A DNA stretch of 64,000 nucleotides from Felis catus (taxonomy: Eukaryota), in contig NC_058379.1 in NCBI RefSeq assembly GCF_018350175.1, positions 89,156,001-89,220,000 of the forward strand, written 5' to 3'. Below the pieces are notes generated by a model. It was not told the origin of the DNA. It did no database searches and was given only the letters and a program-made list of their open reading frames with translations. Shown here one piece after another: positions 51,708 through 63,428 of this stretch. How positions within the stretch are numbered: position 1 is the stretch's first letter; each line of letters starts with the position of its first letter. Both the position numbers and the translations under genes were made by a program.

Positions 51708-51856
51708 TGCAATTTCTCGCTTTATCTTTCTTTTCTTTCCATCATGGACTAGATTATCTGACCGAGTTTTTTCCCTTATTATGCACCTATGGGAGAGCTG
51801 TTGTTCAGTGACAGCCATACAGTACACGCTGTTACGCTCTAATCCCAGTGGTGTAT
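51708..51856 (+). repeat. Local duplication, copy 2
   Basis: Aligns with 49018-49165. Confidence 0.92.
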
Positions 51857-52489
51857 TAACATTTAGCTATTATTAATACAGTCACATCTATTTTCTCCCT
51901 CCACCTTAAAGGAAGTCTGAGTTTCAGGTAAAGGCTCACATTTCAGGCAGATGTGTTGCCCAAAATAAAACCCAGTTCTCTGACAGTCAAATTATTCGGT
52001 CAGGTTTGTTAGGGCCATTCTGTTACCATGAGTGAGGGGAATTCAAAGGGGAATCTGTCAACATTTCATGGAATTTCTTCTCAGATTGGAAATTTTGGAT
52101 CAGGAGGCTCCTGTCATTTTAAATAGGAAATATCTTCAAGTCAAAAATAAATACAAAATAAAACAGCAGAGAAAATAAAAACTGAATTTTGGAATCAAGC
52201 TTTTCTTCACATTTTTAATAAGCCTTTAAACTCTCTGGCACACCACAGTTTACACCCACTGACATGTCACTGCCCACATTTCTTTGCATTTTTATCTTAA
52301 AAACATATTTAAGAACCCACATCTTTCAAAAGTAGCAACTAAAAGGTTTTTTTTATTTATTGAATTCTATATCAGAGATAAATAAACCTTTAAGACTAAT
52401 AATTTTAAATAAATTATTAGAAAAATAGAAACTTAGAATCAACATATATAGGTATAAGATAGTTCAGGCATGGTTTTGCCTGAGTTTGT

Positions 52490-52503
52490 CTGTGTGTATG
52501 TGA

Positions 52504-52554
<51 letters not shown>

Positions 52555-52578
52555 CAGAGACAGAGTCAGAGATAGAGA
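52490..52578. repeat. Compound (TG)n(GA)n(GAGACA)n microsatellite
   Basis: Read directly. Confidence 0.93.
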
Positions 52579-53207
52579 TTAGATGGACTTTCACAAATGA
52601 TCCCAAAACTCTGCTTACAGATTAGTTCTTAAAGTAGGTAGTGCTGGCATGATTTTTCCAGAATATTATTGTCTTATTTAAAAAGATATATTTCGTGTTT
52701 TCAAAAAAAAAATCATTCTTTAGTAATCTAGAAAAAGTACTTTTCTTGATGAGCTTTTCTTTGCTCACTTGTTTATTCATTTAGTACATGTGAGTTCTTA
52801 CCAGTTATATACACTTCGCTAAGTTCCAGGGATGAAAATACGCACAAACTATTCTGATCCATCAGTGCCAACTGGGGAGCAGAGAGATGAGCCCCATTGA
52901 GGATAACTGGGGGTGGGGGGGGAATGTAACCGCCCAAGAAGCAGTGACCCAGGACGTCTGAAGAACTTAAGGTTCGTAGGAAAAGGACCTTGAGTTGGTT
53001 CTTGAACGATGAATAGGAGTTTTTCAGGGAGGTGAGAAGAGGTGTGTTCTATTCGGGAACCCGATATCGGGAAAGGGCGAGAGTGGAGATGGGCACAGCC
53101 CTCTGAGAGAAGGGGGATCCCAGCCTAGAAAGCAACGGAGTCAAGGGCAGATGAAGAGGCCAAAGAGACGTAACTGCCTCCAATTTCTCATTGAGAAAAC
53201 AGGTTCC

Positions 53208-53530
53208 AAACAAACAAGTAAAAAGTAGAATCAGACCCGTAAATACAGAGAACAAATTGATGGTGGCCAGGGGGAAAGGGGGTGGGGAAAGGAGCAAAAT
53301 GAGTGATGGGGAGCGGGAGGCACAGGCTTCCAGTCACGGGATGGCCAGGTCACAAGGATAAAGGGCACAGCAGAGGGAATGCCGTCGATAATACTGTCAC
53401 AGCGATTTACGGTGGCGGACAGGAGTTGCACTGTAGTGAGCACAGTGTAACAGACGGAGACGTCGAGTCACTATGCTGTGCACCTGAAACTAGTAGCATT
53501 GAGTGTCAGCTCCACTCAAAGAAAAGGATA
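53208..53530 (+). mobile_element. Carnivore L1 3' UTR fragment
   Basis: AGAATCAGACCCGTAAATACAGAGAACAAATTGATGGTGGCCAG…ACAGGCTTCCAGT…TCACTATGCTGTGCACCTGAAACTA. Confidence 0.85.
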
Positions 53531-54911
53531 ATAAATAGAACTGAGTTTATCTGAAATTCAAAAAGAAAGAAAAGCAATTCAAGAGCAATTAAGAAAATGG
53601 AACCGGAGTGGGAAAAAGATGGACTCTAAGAAATTTAAAAAACACACAGATTTTTAAGCCAAATGGAAACAGTCTGCCCTCCCTAATCCTGACAAAATAG
53701 CAAAAAAAAAATATATAAAAATTCAAATAAATATATAATAACACTGGAAATCCTGCAGCATAGGATTTAATTCCTGAAGATATCAAGTACGATGCTTATG
53801 GCAAAATACAAACCTAAGATCCACTGCCGATTTTCGCCTAATAATATATCCCTGATTTGTTTGTGAAGCTATACGATTTCCCCTGGGCAGGATACTTGCT
53901 TTCCCATTCCCTCACGCTGCTGAGGGTAGGCATGGATATGTAAGCAAATGTACCTTTCAAGGTACTTCTGAAAGAATTCTTGTCTTCTGAACAAACGCTA
54001 TACCTATGTGGTTGGCCCTTTCTTCCTACTGGAATGAGAATGTGATGGTAGATATGCAGCAGCCATCTTGCAGTCATAAGGAAAGACCAACACAATCACA
54101 GAGATGTTCAGTCTGGCATCATTGACCTATTATTTAACCACTATCAGGAGATTAACTTCAGTAAGAAATAAGCTCATGTTTGATTAAAACCCTCTAGTTA
54201 AGTTTTCTCTTACTTGAAGACAAAAGCACCCCTGACTTATGTATACAGTGAATGGGAACAGAGTAAAAGCTCACCAAGTATGAGAAGTGTAATCCCATAG
54301 AGAGTTTTTCATAATAAGGGAATTACAATCGCCAAGAGCAACAAAAAATTTTAAAGCCCACAGTTTTAGCTCTCAGCCAAACTGTCACCCAAGTATGTAG
54401 GAGTCTAATGAAGCTTTATGTTAAAGCTAAGGGGAGGGGAGCTGAAGGTTGGTAACAGGGGAACAAAAGAAGAAACCCAACATGATTTAATAAAATTAGA
54501 GAGAAGGGGGTGGAGAGAAAGGAGCAAGAAATGCATAGCAATAGAAAGTATAAAACACAGTGTAAAATAAAATCTTTGTTACTTATAATAAGTATGTTAA
54601 CTATGCATAATATACTTATTAATATTTAAATAATATAATTAATTTAAATAAAGGAAGAAAACTGTCAAGGTGATAAATACACACAAGCACACACACCCAC
54701 AGACAAACACAAAAGTGTGGCAGAGACTGCTAATATTCATTTTCCTTCTTCCTCAGACACGCAGATTTGATTCTGGGGTGGCAACGTGCTCACCCCAAAA
54801 GCTAGATTTCCACTGGGCTTTTTATGTACCGCAAATAAATGCTTTTCTAGTTAAAGGAGATGTATTAGTCTGGATGCAGACTAATTTTCCTAATAAGGAA
54901 AATGTAGCACA

Positions 54912-55078
54912 NNNNNNNNNNNNNNNNNNNNNNNNNNNNNNNNNNNNNNNNNNNNNNNNNNNNNNNNNNNNNNNNNNNNNNNNNNNNNNNNNNNNNNNNN
55001 NNNNNNNNNNNNNNNNNNNNNNNNNNNNNNNNNNNNNNNNNNNNNNNNNNNNNNNNNNNNNNNNNNNNNNNNNNNNNN
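54912..55078. other. Assembly gap (N run)
   Basis: 167 N. Confidence 1.
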
Positions 55079-55079
55079 T

Positions 55080-56600
55080 ATAATTCATACTTAACAATGC
55101 AAAATTGTAACAAACACCCTCAACTAGAAAATTGCAACTAGAAAAAATAGGGAAAAACATAAAGGCTTGAATAAACTACCTTGCTTTAGTAAATACATTC
55201 ACAAAACTATCCACGCTAAACTGAAAGCACCCATGGTTTTTGAATATTCATGAAATTTCAAATATTCATGGCATGAAAAAATTATTAAATTCCAAATAGT
55301 AGAAATTAAATCAATCATATTCATAGTTCATATTCTGTGATTGCTATGTGGAATAGAGGTGAAATTTTAAAACACCTTTTGAAATAATTCTTGAATTAAA
55401 ATAAAAATGGAAATATCCATCTATTTAGAAATAAATAACAATGATGACAAAATTTACGTTCTGCATTCAGAGCAGGATTTAGAAGATTATAACTTTGAGT
55501 TCGATTTTATCTGAAAACAAGAAACATTGAAAGTAATATTATCAGGCATTTATTCCTGGATTTCTTTTATTAAAAGAACCAAAAATAATCAGTTATAAAG
55601 AAGGGTGGAGTTAGGAAAGATTATGATATAAAATAATGGCAATTTTGGAAACATCACTGTTTATTGAAAACTGGTCTTTGAAGCCAACAATTAACAAGAT
55701 TTGTTAATTCTGATTAGAGGAAGGTAAGAACAAAAATAAGAAGGATGAAAAGAAACCAGAACTGAAAATGCAGAGGAGTTTCTTAAAGAAAAAAAAACCC
55801 TTTCATTAAAAAATTCCCAAGAAGGTTGATGGTTTTCTAGAAGAGTATACATTACAAAAATTGCTTTAAGTTGGAAAACTCGATTAGACCAATTTTCATA
55901 AAATAAATTTAAAACATAATTTTTAATTTTTACAAATTTCCCTTAAAAACATGACAAAGTCTTTTTCTTTTCCTTGCAGGTCTGCCAAACCTTTCAGGAA
56001 AAAAATAATTCCTATGTTACCTAAATATTCAATATCATTAGTAATTTGCTCTGCTCAGGCTGCCGTGACAAATACCATGGACTGGGTGGTTGAAACAACA
56101 GAAGGTTATTTTCTCAGAGTTATGGAGGCTGGGAAGTTGGAGGTCAAGGTGCCTGCCAGCTGATTTGATTTCTGGTAAAGTTGTTCTTCCTGGCTTCTCA
56201 TTATGTTCTCACGTGGCCTTCCGAAACTAAATGCTTGTGAAAGCACACACACACACACACACAGGGAGAGAGAGAAACAGAGGCAGGACACTAATCCTAT
56301 TGGATGAAGGCACCACCTTTATGACCTCTGTGACCCTTCATTACTTCCATAAGGGACCCACCTCCAAATGCAGCCTCACTGGGGCATTAGGGCTCCAACA
56401 TATGAATTCTAGGGAGACACAAACATTCAGTCCATAACATGTTTAAAGAAAGAGCCAATTTTCCCAATTCATTACGAGCTAACTTAGAAACTCAGAAGCA
56501 AAAATCATCCAATTAAATATTTGCAAATTAATTCCAGAATTACAATAAAAGATCAACGCAAGTAGGATTTATCTCAGGATTGTTCACCCTTAAGACATTT
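55080..56600 (+). mobile_element. Very old L1 ORF2 relic (L1ME-like) interrupted by an MLT1 LTR
   Basis: A-rich degenerate ORF2 motifs (GAATATTCATGAAA, GAAATAATTCTTGAATTAAA, GGTTTTCTAGAAGA-TATAC-ATTACAAAAATTG, AAGTAGGATTTATCTCAGGA). Confidence 0.55.
56038..56439 (-). mobile_element. MaLR solo LTR (MLT1A-like)
   Basis: GCTCAGGCTGCCGTGACAAATACCATGGACTGGGTGGTTGAAACAACAGAA…GGAGACACAAACATTCAGTCCATAACA. Confidence 0.9.
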
Positions 56601-57420
56601 ATAATTCTAGACCGTGCTGAAATTATGCCTTGTATTTCCCCAAAATAGAAAGTTTCTTAATCTTTAGACAATCACAGGGAGGAGAATTTGTAGATAAATG
56701 AGAGAAGAAGGCTTTCACCCCTCTGAGGAGTGCACGGCACGTTTGCCTTTGAGTTCACACGGTTGTTGAAGGTGAGTGTCTTAGGTAATTCTCGTTTCAC
56801 TGCAGGGTTTCGTCCCCTCAGTCAAGACGTTTCATTTCTGCTGACGCTACTTATGGGCAAATGCTTTAATCTGTTATCAGCACTTGGCGGATATTGTTCC
56901 CCTTAAATGCTTAAATTGCACTTATTCTGTACAAGTGATGGATTTTGAATGTTGGCATATTGGCTATTAAGCAAGAATCTATAATTTCTAACAAAAGAAG
57001 GTAAAGGCCAGTTAATTGCAGACTACATAACCCAGCAACAACTTCCTTTACACGGAGTTGAGATTTCAGAGTTTAAATGGAATTTAGTATTCTATGGAAA
57101 GTGGCATTCTCAAGGTGACTGGAATTTTCTCTATACATACAATCCCTCTCTATTTTTTTCTATTACAGATCAAAGATCATGATGGATTCTTTGTCCCTGA
57201 AGGCACATCCCCGGTCCAGACATTAGCCATCCTAACCCCGGATCACATCAGCACCTTCTGTGCTACAAATCACCCCCTCACTTCCGTGGTTTTTATCACT
57301 GCGAAGTCCCGCCTCTTTAGTTTTGCAGTTGAACATGTCACTCGACTTTAAAACCGATGACCCATTTCCGTGACAAATCTTATCTAAACCTACTTAGATT
57401 TTGTTCACACCAATGCCATT

Positions 57421-57643
57421 TTTTTTTAATTTTTTTTTCAACGTTTATTTATTTTTTTGCGACAGAGAGAGACAGAGCATGAACGAGGGAGGGGCAGAGA
57501 GAGAGGGAGACACAGAATCGGAAACAGGCTCCAGGCTCTGAGCCATCAGCCCAGAGCCTGACGTGGGGCTCGAACTCCCGGACCGCGAGATCGTGACCTG
57601 GCTGAAGTCGGACGCTTAACCGACTGCGCCACCCAGGCGCCCC
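57421..57643 (-). mobile_element. Young felid CanSINE (SINEC_Fc-like)
   Basis: Near-identical to the copies at 5506, 13200 and 17836; TSD CCAATG(C/T)CATTTT. Confidence 0.97.
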
Positions 57644-58959
57644 CCAATGTCATTTTTGTAAAAAAAAAAAAAAAATGAGCAAGAACTTTAATAAAAATTT
57701 AAATTTTTCTTCCATTACTTCCTTTTCACCCCAGATAGAATAGCACTGGGAAACCAGAGAAATAGAGTGTGGAAAAAAATCATTTAGTTTTTTTTTTTTT
57801 TACTAAAACTCCCAGAAGAGTTTTGAATTTTCTTTGCAAAATTGGGGAAAAAAAATCAACCTGTAGGAAGTTAAACTGACCTCTGAACAAAGAAGAGATC
57901 GAAGCTTGGAAAAGTGAGTGTACCAACCGTAGTATACGATAGAAAAACACTTAAAAAATCTCACTGTAAAGGAATATATTGAATACAATGCACAGATTCA
58001 TTTGAACTAAGGAGGTTTGGAGCACAATAGCGATACATGTTGAGTTCGGAGGGTGCTGGCTTTGCTGATACTTAGCTGTGCTCCTCTGCACTCTCTCTCC
58101 TGCAAAGCCAAGGCACATAAGCCGGCTCTACCTGTCCCACGATCCCCCTGCTGACGGGAGAGGACAGGGAAGCAAGTGGACATTTATGTATATTTTCCAT
58201 ATGCTAACCGTGAGTTATATCATCCCTTCCTTTTAGGTGTCCTCTGGGGCACTGCCTCCCCAGGAGGCAGCTCAAAACGTTTGGCATTCCTGTGCTTCCA
58301 GAACATGGGACTTTTTCACTGTGACACATGGACCAGGCTGAGTTGTGTGAGAAATATGCTTTTCAAAATACTGAACTCTACCCAGCTGCACTTGGAAGGA
58401 GATGATAGGTTTTGATGGTTTGAGGAAGAAAACAAAACAAAACAAAACCCTATGGGAGCCTGTAATGAAGAGCGAACGTTTTATTATGTGAGATGACAGA
58501 AATTTGCTAGGGACTATTTTAGAAGAAATGTAGAATATGTCTAGAGTAGCATTTTAAACACTGCAACTTCTGTCGCAAATCTAACGATCAGAGAAGAAGA
58601 TGGAGAGGCATGGTGCTACCACAATATGTCAGCTGCGTGTCGTTGGCTTGCCATAATGAAGCCAAAACGTGTTTCGCTGACAAAAGACATGGACGTGGGG
58701 TTCAACGGACTCAGTCATCTGTCTGTGAATTCACTCAATACAACTTTATCGAGAGCCCACTCTGCTTCTGGCCCCGTGCTCTAGGAAATTCAGGTAGAAT
58801 ACTGAACGAGGCAGGCACCAACTTGTTCTCGCTATATGCACAGTCTACTGGGGAAGAGCCACACTTCACAAACGATTGCAAGTGTATAGAGTGTGTAAGC
58901 GAAAATGTTGTGGGTACCACGGGAGAATATTATGGTCAGACATAACCTTATTTAAGGGC

Positions 58960-59390
58960 TCCAAGAATCTCACTTTTGTGACCTAACTCACATGACTTGG
59001 GGTGAATTATTTACAATTTCTGACGTTTAATTTCCTAATCAATAAGTGAGAGTAATACCTTACAGTGTCCTTTTGAGACAGAAATCACGTATCATGTGAA
59101 ATCACCTCATAGCACCTGACACATGATGATATTCATAACTGACATTTATGAAATGAGCATTATATGCCTGGCATAATTTGACACACATTGAGTCATTTAA
59201 TCCTCAGAACAATCTATGAGTTTGGGTTAGGTGTTATCCTTTTTTACTCTCTATAAATCTACAAATTCATAGATGAGTGATGAGTAACCAGAGAGCTAAG
59301 GGGTTTGTTATGTTCTTGGGTTTAGAAAGCAAAGGATCTGGGAATCACGGAGAGGCAGGCTGACTCCTAATCTAAGCTCATTACCTACTC
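58960..59390. mobile_element. Two MIR fragments in opposite orientations
   Basis: ATGACTTGGGGTGAATTATTT…TTTCCTAATC (+) and CATTTAATCCTCAGAACAATCTATGAG (-). Confidence 0.65.
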
Positions 59391-60039
59391 TGCAACTTAA
59401 CCCTGGGGAAAGCTGAGAGCATCACCCGAGGAAATGGAGAAACTCAGTGTCACTCAAGGTCAACATGGAGTCTCAGGGGTCCAGGTATTTACTAGCCAAC
59501 AACGAGGTGATTTGGTTCCTATCTTTTCAAAAGATGCTCTGATACTGAACTTTCGAGTCTTGATCTTCTAATTACTGGTAGCTGAGAAAGTATGTTTATT
59601 ACTTTTTTAAAATGTTTTCAATGTTTGTTTCCCATTTGTTACCATTGTTGCCCTAACTGGGGAAATAAGAATTGCTCGGGTTGTACACATCTTTTAGTTT
59701 GGGGAGTGATGTTCAGGACGGTGTTGAAATGATACAAAGGCAAATATTGCAGCCTGAGGCGTTGTTTGTAATGTATGGAGAAGGGGTTCATTGCCTGTCT
59801 CCCAGCTGTGAGCATGGGGAGGAAAACTGGCAACACCCGTGCTTAGGAATGCAGGTCTTGGCTAGTGGATGTGAAAACTTTAATGGGAAGAGTAAAAGCT
59901 TATAAATGGCATCTTCTTATGGTGGAATGACTGGATCCACAGGACTTAGACCGGTTTGTGGACATAGATGATAGGGTCTAAGGGATGAGCACCTCTGACC
60001 CGTCTCTACAGTGAGATATGCCGAGGGGGTGCAAATGCT

Positions 60040-60205
60040 CTCTGTCTGTGCTGACTAATGGTGTCACCATGCATCAGATGCGGCTCTTGAGCCCTTAAAA
60101 TATAGCAAGTGTAATTAAGGAACCTATTATTTAAATTTTATTTAAGTTCATAAATTTAACTTTAGACATTATGGCAAATGACTACTATATTTGCAACAGA
60201 GTTCT
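60040..60205. mobile_element. hAT-Charlie relic (MER3-like)
   Basis: TGTGCTGACTAATGG…ATGCGGCTCTTGAGC-CTTAAAAT…AAGTGTAATTAAGGAAC…TTTAAATTTTATTTAA. Confidence 0.6.
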
Positions 60206-60639
60206 GGACCAGCAGTTTTCACGGTTTCAAACTTTTATTGCTGAGGGATAAGAAGAGAAAGGGATGAGGAAGAACATCGAAGCCCTGACACCTGGAACCC
60301 AGTATCTGGAAACCAAAAGGTCTCAAACTTGCTCATTCATAGTGTCCCTAGTGTCCCAGTTGGGTTTTTTTCCCTATAGTGCCCTTAAGCCAAGAGAACT
60401 ACCAAACGGTTGCATACATTGCGTTCTTGGGTACAAACAATATGGTAGTGCTCATGGGATACTCAGTAGATGTCCTTGGACTTCCCTCAGAAGTTTAAAC
60501 TATGCTAGCGTGCCCTTCAAAGTGTGTCGTGATGCCTCGGGACACCTCTGCACACTGTCTGGGAACCATGAAGCTAGGTCATGAGGTTTCCTACCACATG
60601 CTAACAGTTTCATAGAATAACGATATCAGATGCCATCAT

Positions 60640-61880
60640 TCCATGGCCATGTTGGAACAAAACTAAAACAACGACACCATGCTCCCACCAAAGTGACTGA
60701 CCATCTCTTATCCTGGCCCGTGTGAGCACTACTGATCACACCTCAAGCCCCAGTGCCTTGCTCTTCTTCTGCCATAACAAGTGTTAAGATGCTCAGTCAT
60801 CCAACCACCCCTGCTTCCTGCCAGCATCCAATCCAAAGTTAAATTTATTTCCTTACATTCTCCCCCTATATCCAAAGCCCAAACTGTATGACAAGCCCAC
60901 CCAACACTCTTACAGAGACACCTCATGATTGCCCACGGCATGCATCTCTCCCCCCCCCCCCCGCCCCGCAGTAAGGTGACATACTTCATTTTCTTTGGTT
61001 TTCTTTTGGTTTCTTTGGTTTGTGTTCCTAGTGCTCTGTGGGCACTGGGATTTTTTTAGCGTGGATTCTAAAACTTCACGTGACAGTTTATAAAGAATGT
61101 GTTTACCAGTGGGATGTCTCCCTTTGCTATTTCCCTTCTTGGGAGACACACGTCTTTGTGTGAATCCAAACCATGGCTTGAGCTTTGTGCAACAATCTAG
61201 AATAACGCCAGACTGGAAGTAAAAATTCTCACTGGTGGTTCTCTGTGCTAACAAATACTGTCTTTAATAAAACTGTTTTTTGATTACCTCCTCCTGTGGA
61301 TTCCTACAAAAGACTGAATATACAAACAGACAGTGGCCAGACCAGGTATAAAAATGGAATCTTGGGGCACCTGGGTGGCTTAGTCAGTTGAGCTTCCAAC
61401 TCTTGATTTCAGCCCAGGTCATGATCCCAAGGTTGTGGGATCAAGCCCTGTGTCAGGTTCTCTTTTGAGCAAGGAGCCTGCCTGGGAATTCTCTCTCTCT
61501 CCTTCTGCCCTCCCCCTTGTTCACTCCCACACATTCTCTCTCAAATAAAATAAAATAAAATAAAATAAAATAAAGATTCTCTATCTTTCTCTCCCTCTGC
61601 TCTTCCCCTTCTCCAAAAAAAAAATAATAAAATAAAATAAAAATAAAAAAATAAAAATGGAATCTGACCCACAGTCCGAAGCAACCATCTCAGAGAAACA
61701 ACCCATTAGCCGCTACAACTATCCGGGGAAGCCAGACTACAGGTGTCAAGTCAGATTTGTAGGAAGTAAAACCGCTTTATATGGTTTCAACCAACTAGTT
61801 AAAACTTCTCGTCTTCCAGATTCTGCTGCTCTTCTGTGATCTGCATCATTTTTATCTATGTGCACCAGGTGTGTTTCAGG
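60640..61880 (+). mobile_element. Cluster of ERV1-type LTR fragments (MER34/MER39-like) interrupted by a SINE
   Basis: CAACACTCTTACAGAGACACCTCATG…, AATAAA at about 61266, and CCAGACCAGGTATAAAAATGGAATCT|GACCCACA…GCAACC, which is continuous once the SINE is removed. Confidence 0.55.
61364..61651 (+). mobile_element. CanSINE with a doubled (CT-rich plus A-rich) tail
   Basis: TSD TAAAAATGGAATCT at 61349-61362 and 61652-61665; a second GATTCTCT…CTCTGC…A-tail module follows the (TAAAA)n. Confidence 0.92.
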
Positions 61881-61896
61881 ACCACCGATGGGATTC

Positions 61897-62133
61897 TTTT
61901 TTTTTTAATGATTATGCCGTTATTTGTTTATTTTAATGTTGATTTATTTTTGAGAGACAGAGACAGGGCACGAGCGGGGGAGGGGCAGACAGAGAGGGAG
62001 ACACAGAATCTGAAGGAGGCTCCAGGCTCCGAGCCTCGGCACAGAGCCCGACACGGGGCTCGAACCCACGAACCGTGAGATCATGACCTGAGCCGAAGAC
62101 GATGCTCAACCAACTGAGCCCCCCAGGCGCCCC
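61897..62133 (-). mobile_element. CanSINE
   Basis: Reverse complement begins GGGGCGCCTGGGGGGCTCAGTTGG; B box GGTTCGAGCCC. Confidence 0.95.
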
Positions 62134-63318
62134 GGGTTCTTGATACTAGTAAAAAGATTAAACCACAAACACAAAATGTCAGATCTTACCCTTTTGGTCT
62201 TATTTGAAGCAATAAATCCCTTTTTCTCTGGTTTGCTTCCCCGTCTCCCCTTGGAGAAGATCCCCAGGCCTTTTCAATGCCACATTTTTATATATGTTAT
62301 GGAGATATTCTGGGTCTTCTTTCTGTAAGGCCAGACCCCTTTTCACAAGAAGAAAATCGTAGCGAGACTATTGCCCCCAAGGAAACAAATGGCACCGTCA
62401 ACCTGGCTTATTAAAATGCATGATCCACCATGTAAATGGGCAGCAGGGAAAGCCATCTAGGCATGGGTACTGATAAAGCACATAGTTACAAAGAAAGGAA
62501 AGTGATGTTTGTGTGCATTTGTATGCTGCAGGCTCAAATGGATTGGCTCTATCTCGTCAAGGAGGTGAACTGAACAAATCAATAAATTATGGGTAGGATT
62601 GATTAAAACGGCATCATAATTAGGGCACAGTATGTTACAGAAGCTTAAAGTGCTTGGCTTCACAACGGATCTGTCAGCAGGATCCTGGATCATGGTTTTG
62701 CTTATTGTTCTTTCTGGGCCCGGGAGTCTTGATAAGCAGTATCAGAAAGGGAGAGAATTCGGCTAAGGCTACTGAGAAGTTAACTTACTGTCACTTCCAT
62801 TTAGGCATAACTAGATTAGTTAGCAAATACATAGTTTTCAGATTTGTAATAATGTAAACCATGAAAACAAGAGAAAATATGTGCTTAGCTAAATGTATAG
62901 ATTCATTATATACACTCATTGAAAGTGATCTCTGTCGCGGACTCTGACATTTTCAAAAGCAATACGCTGAAGAAGACATAGGCTGATTCTACCTTTTTTT
63001 TTTTTTTTTTTTTTTGCGACAATAGTCACTCTTTCTATTTGCAATTTGCTTTGAGCAAATAAATGTTTCCTAAATTTAGAAAAGTTAACTTTGTTGAAAT
63101 GTTCTGAAAAGGCTTAAAGAATCACACGGCCATCGTTAGAAACTAATTCAAAGGACATAATGGCTAATTAAGAGAATGTGGTTCTCCCAACATTCTGGAA
63201 ATGCCCCGTGGATCCAAGCAGGACAATATGGTTTGTTGGATCTCAGAAGAGAAGAAGGGTGAAAATAAATGTAATTTGTACTAACGTTATTTATTCGGGA
63301 GAACGGAACCTAGATAAA

Positions 63319-63428
63319 GCACAAACTAAGTAAACTATTTGAAAGAAATCTTCTCACAACGTTACTAAAACAGGCACAAACTAAGTAAACTATTTGAAAG
63401 AAATCTTCTCACAACGTTACTAAAACAG
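63319..63428 (+). repeat. Perfect 55-bp tandem duplication
   Basis: GCACAAACTAAGTAAACTATTTGAAAGAAATCTTCTCACAACGTTACTAAAACAG at 63319-63373 and 63374-63428. Confidence 0.97.

Noticed and set aside
57169-57351. Plus-strand acceptor (TTTTTTTCTATTACAG|) followed by an open frame
   Set aside because: No partner exons and no recognisable peptide.
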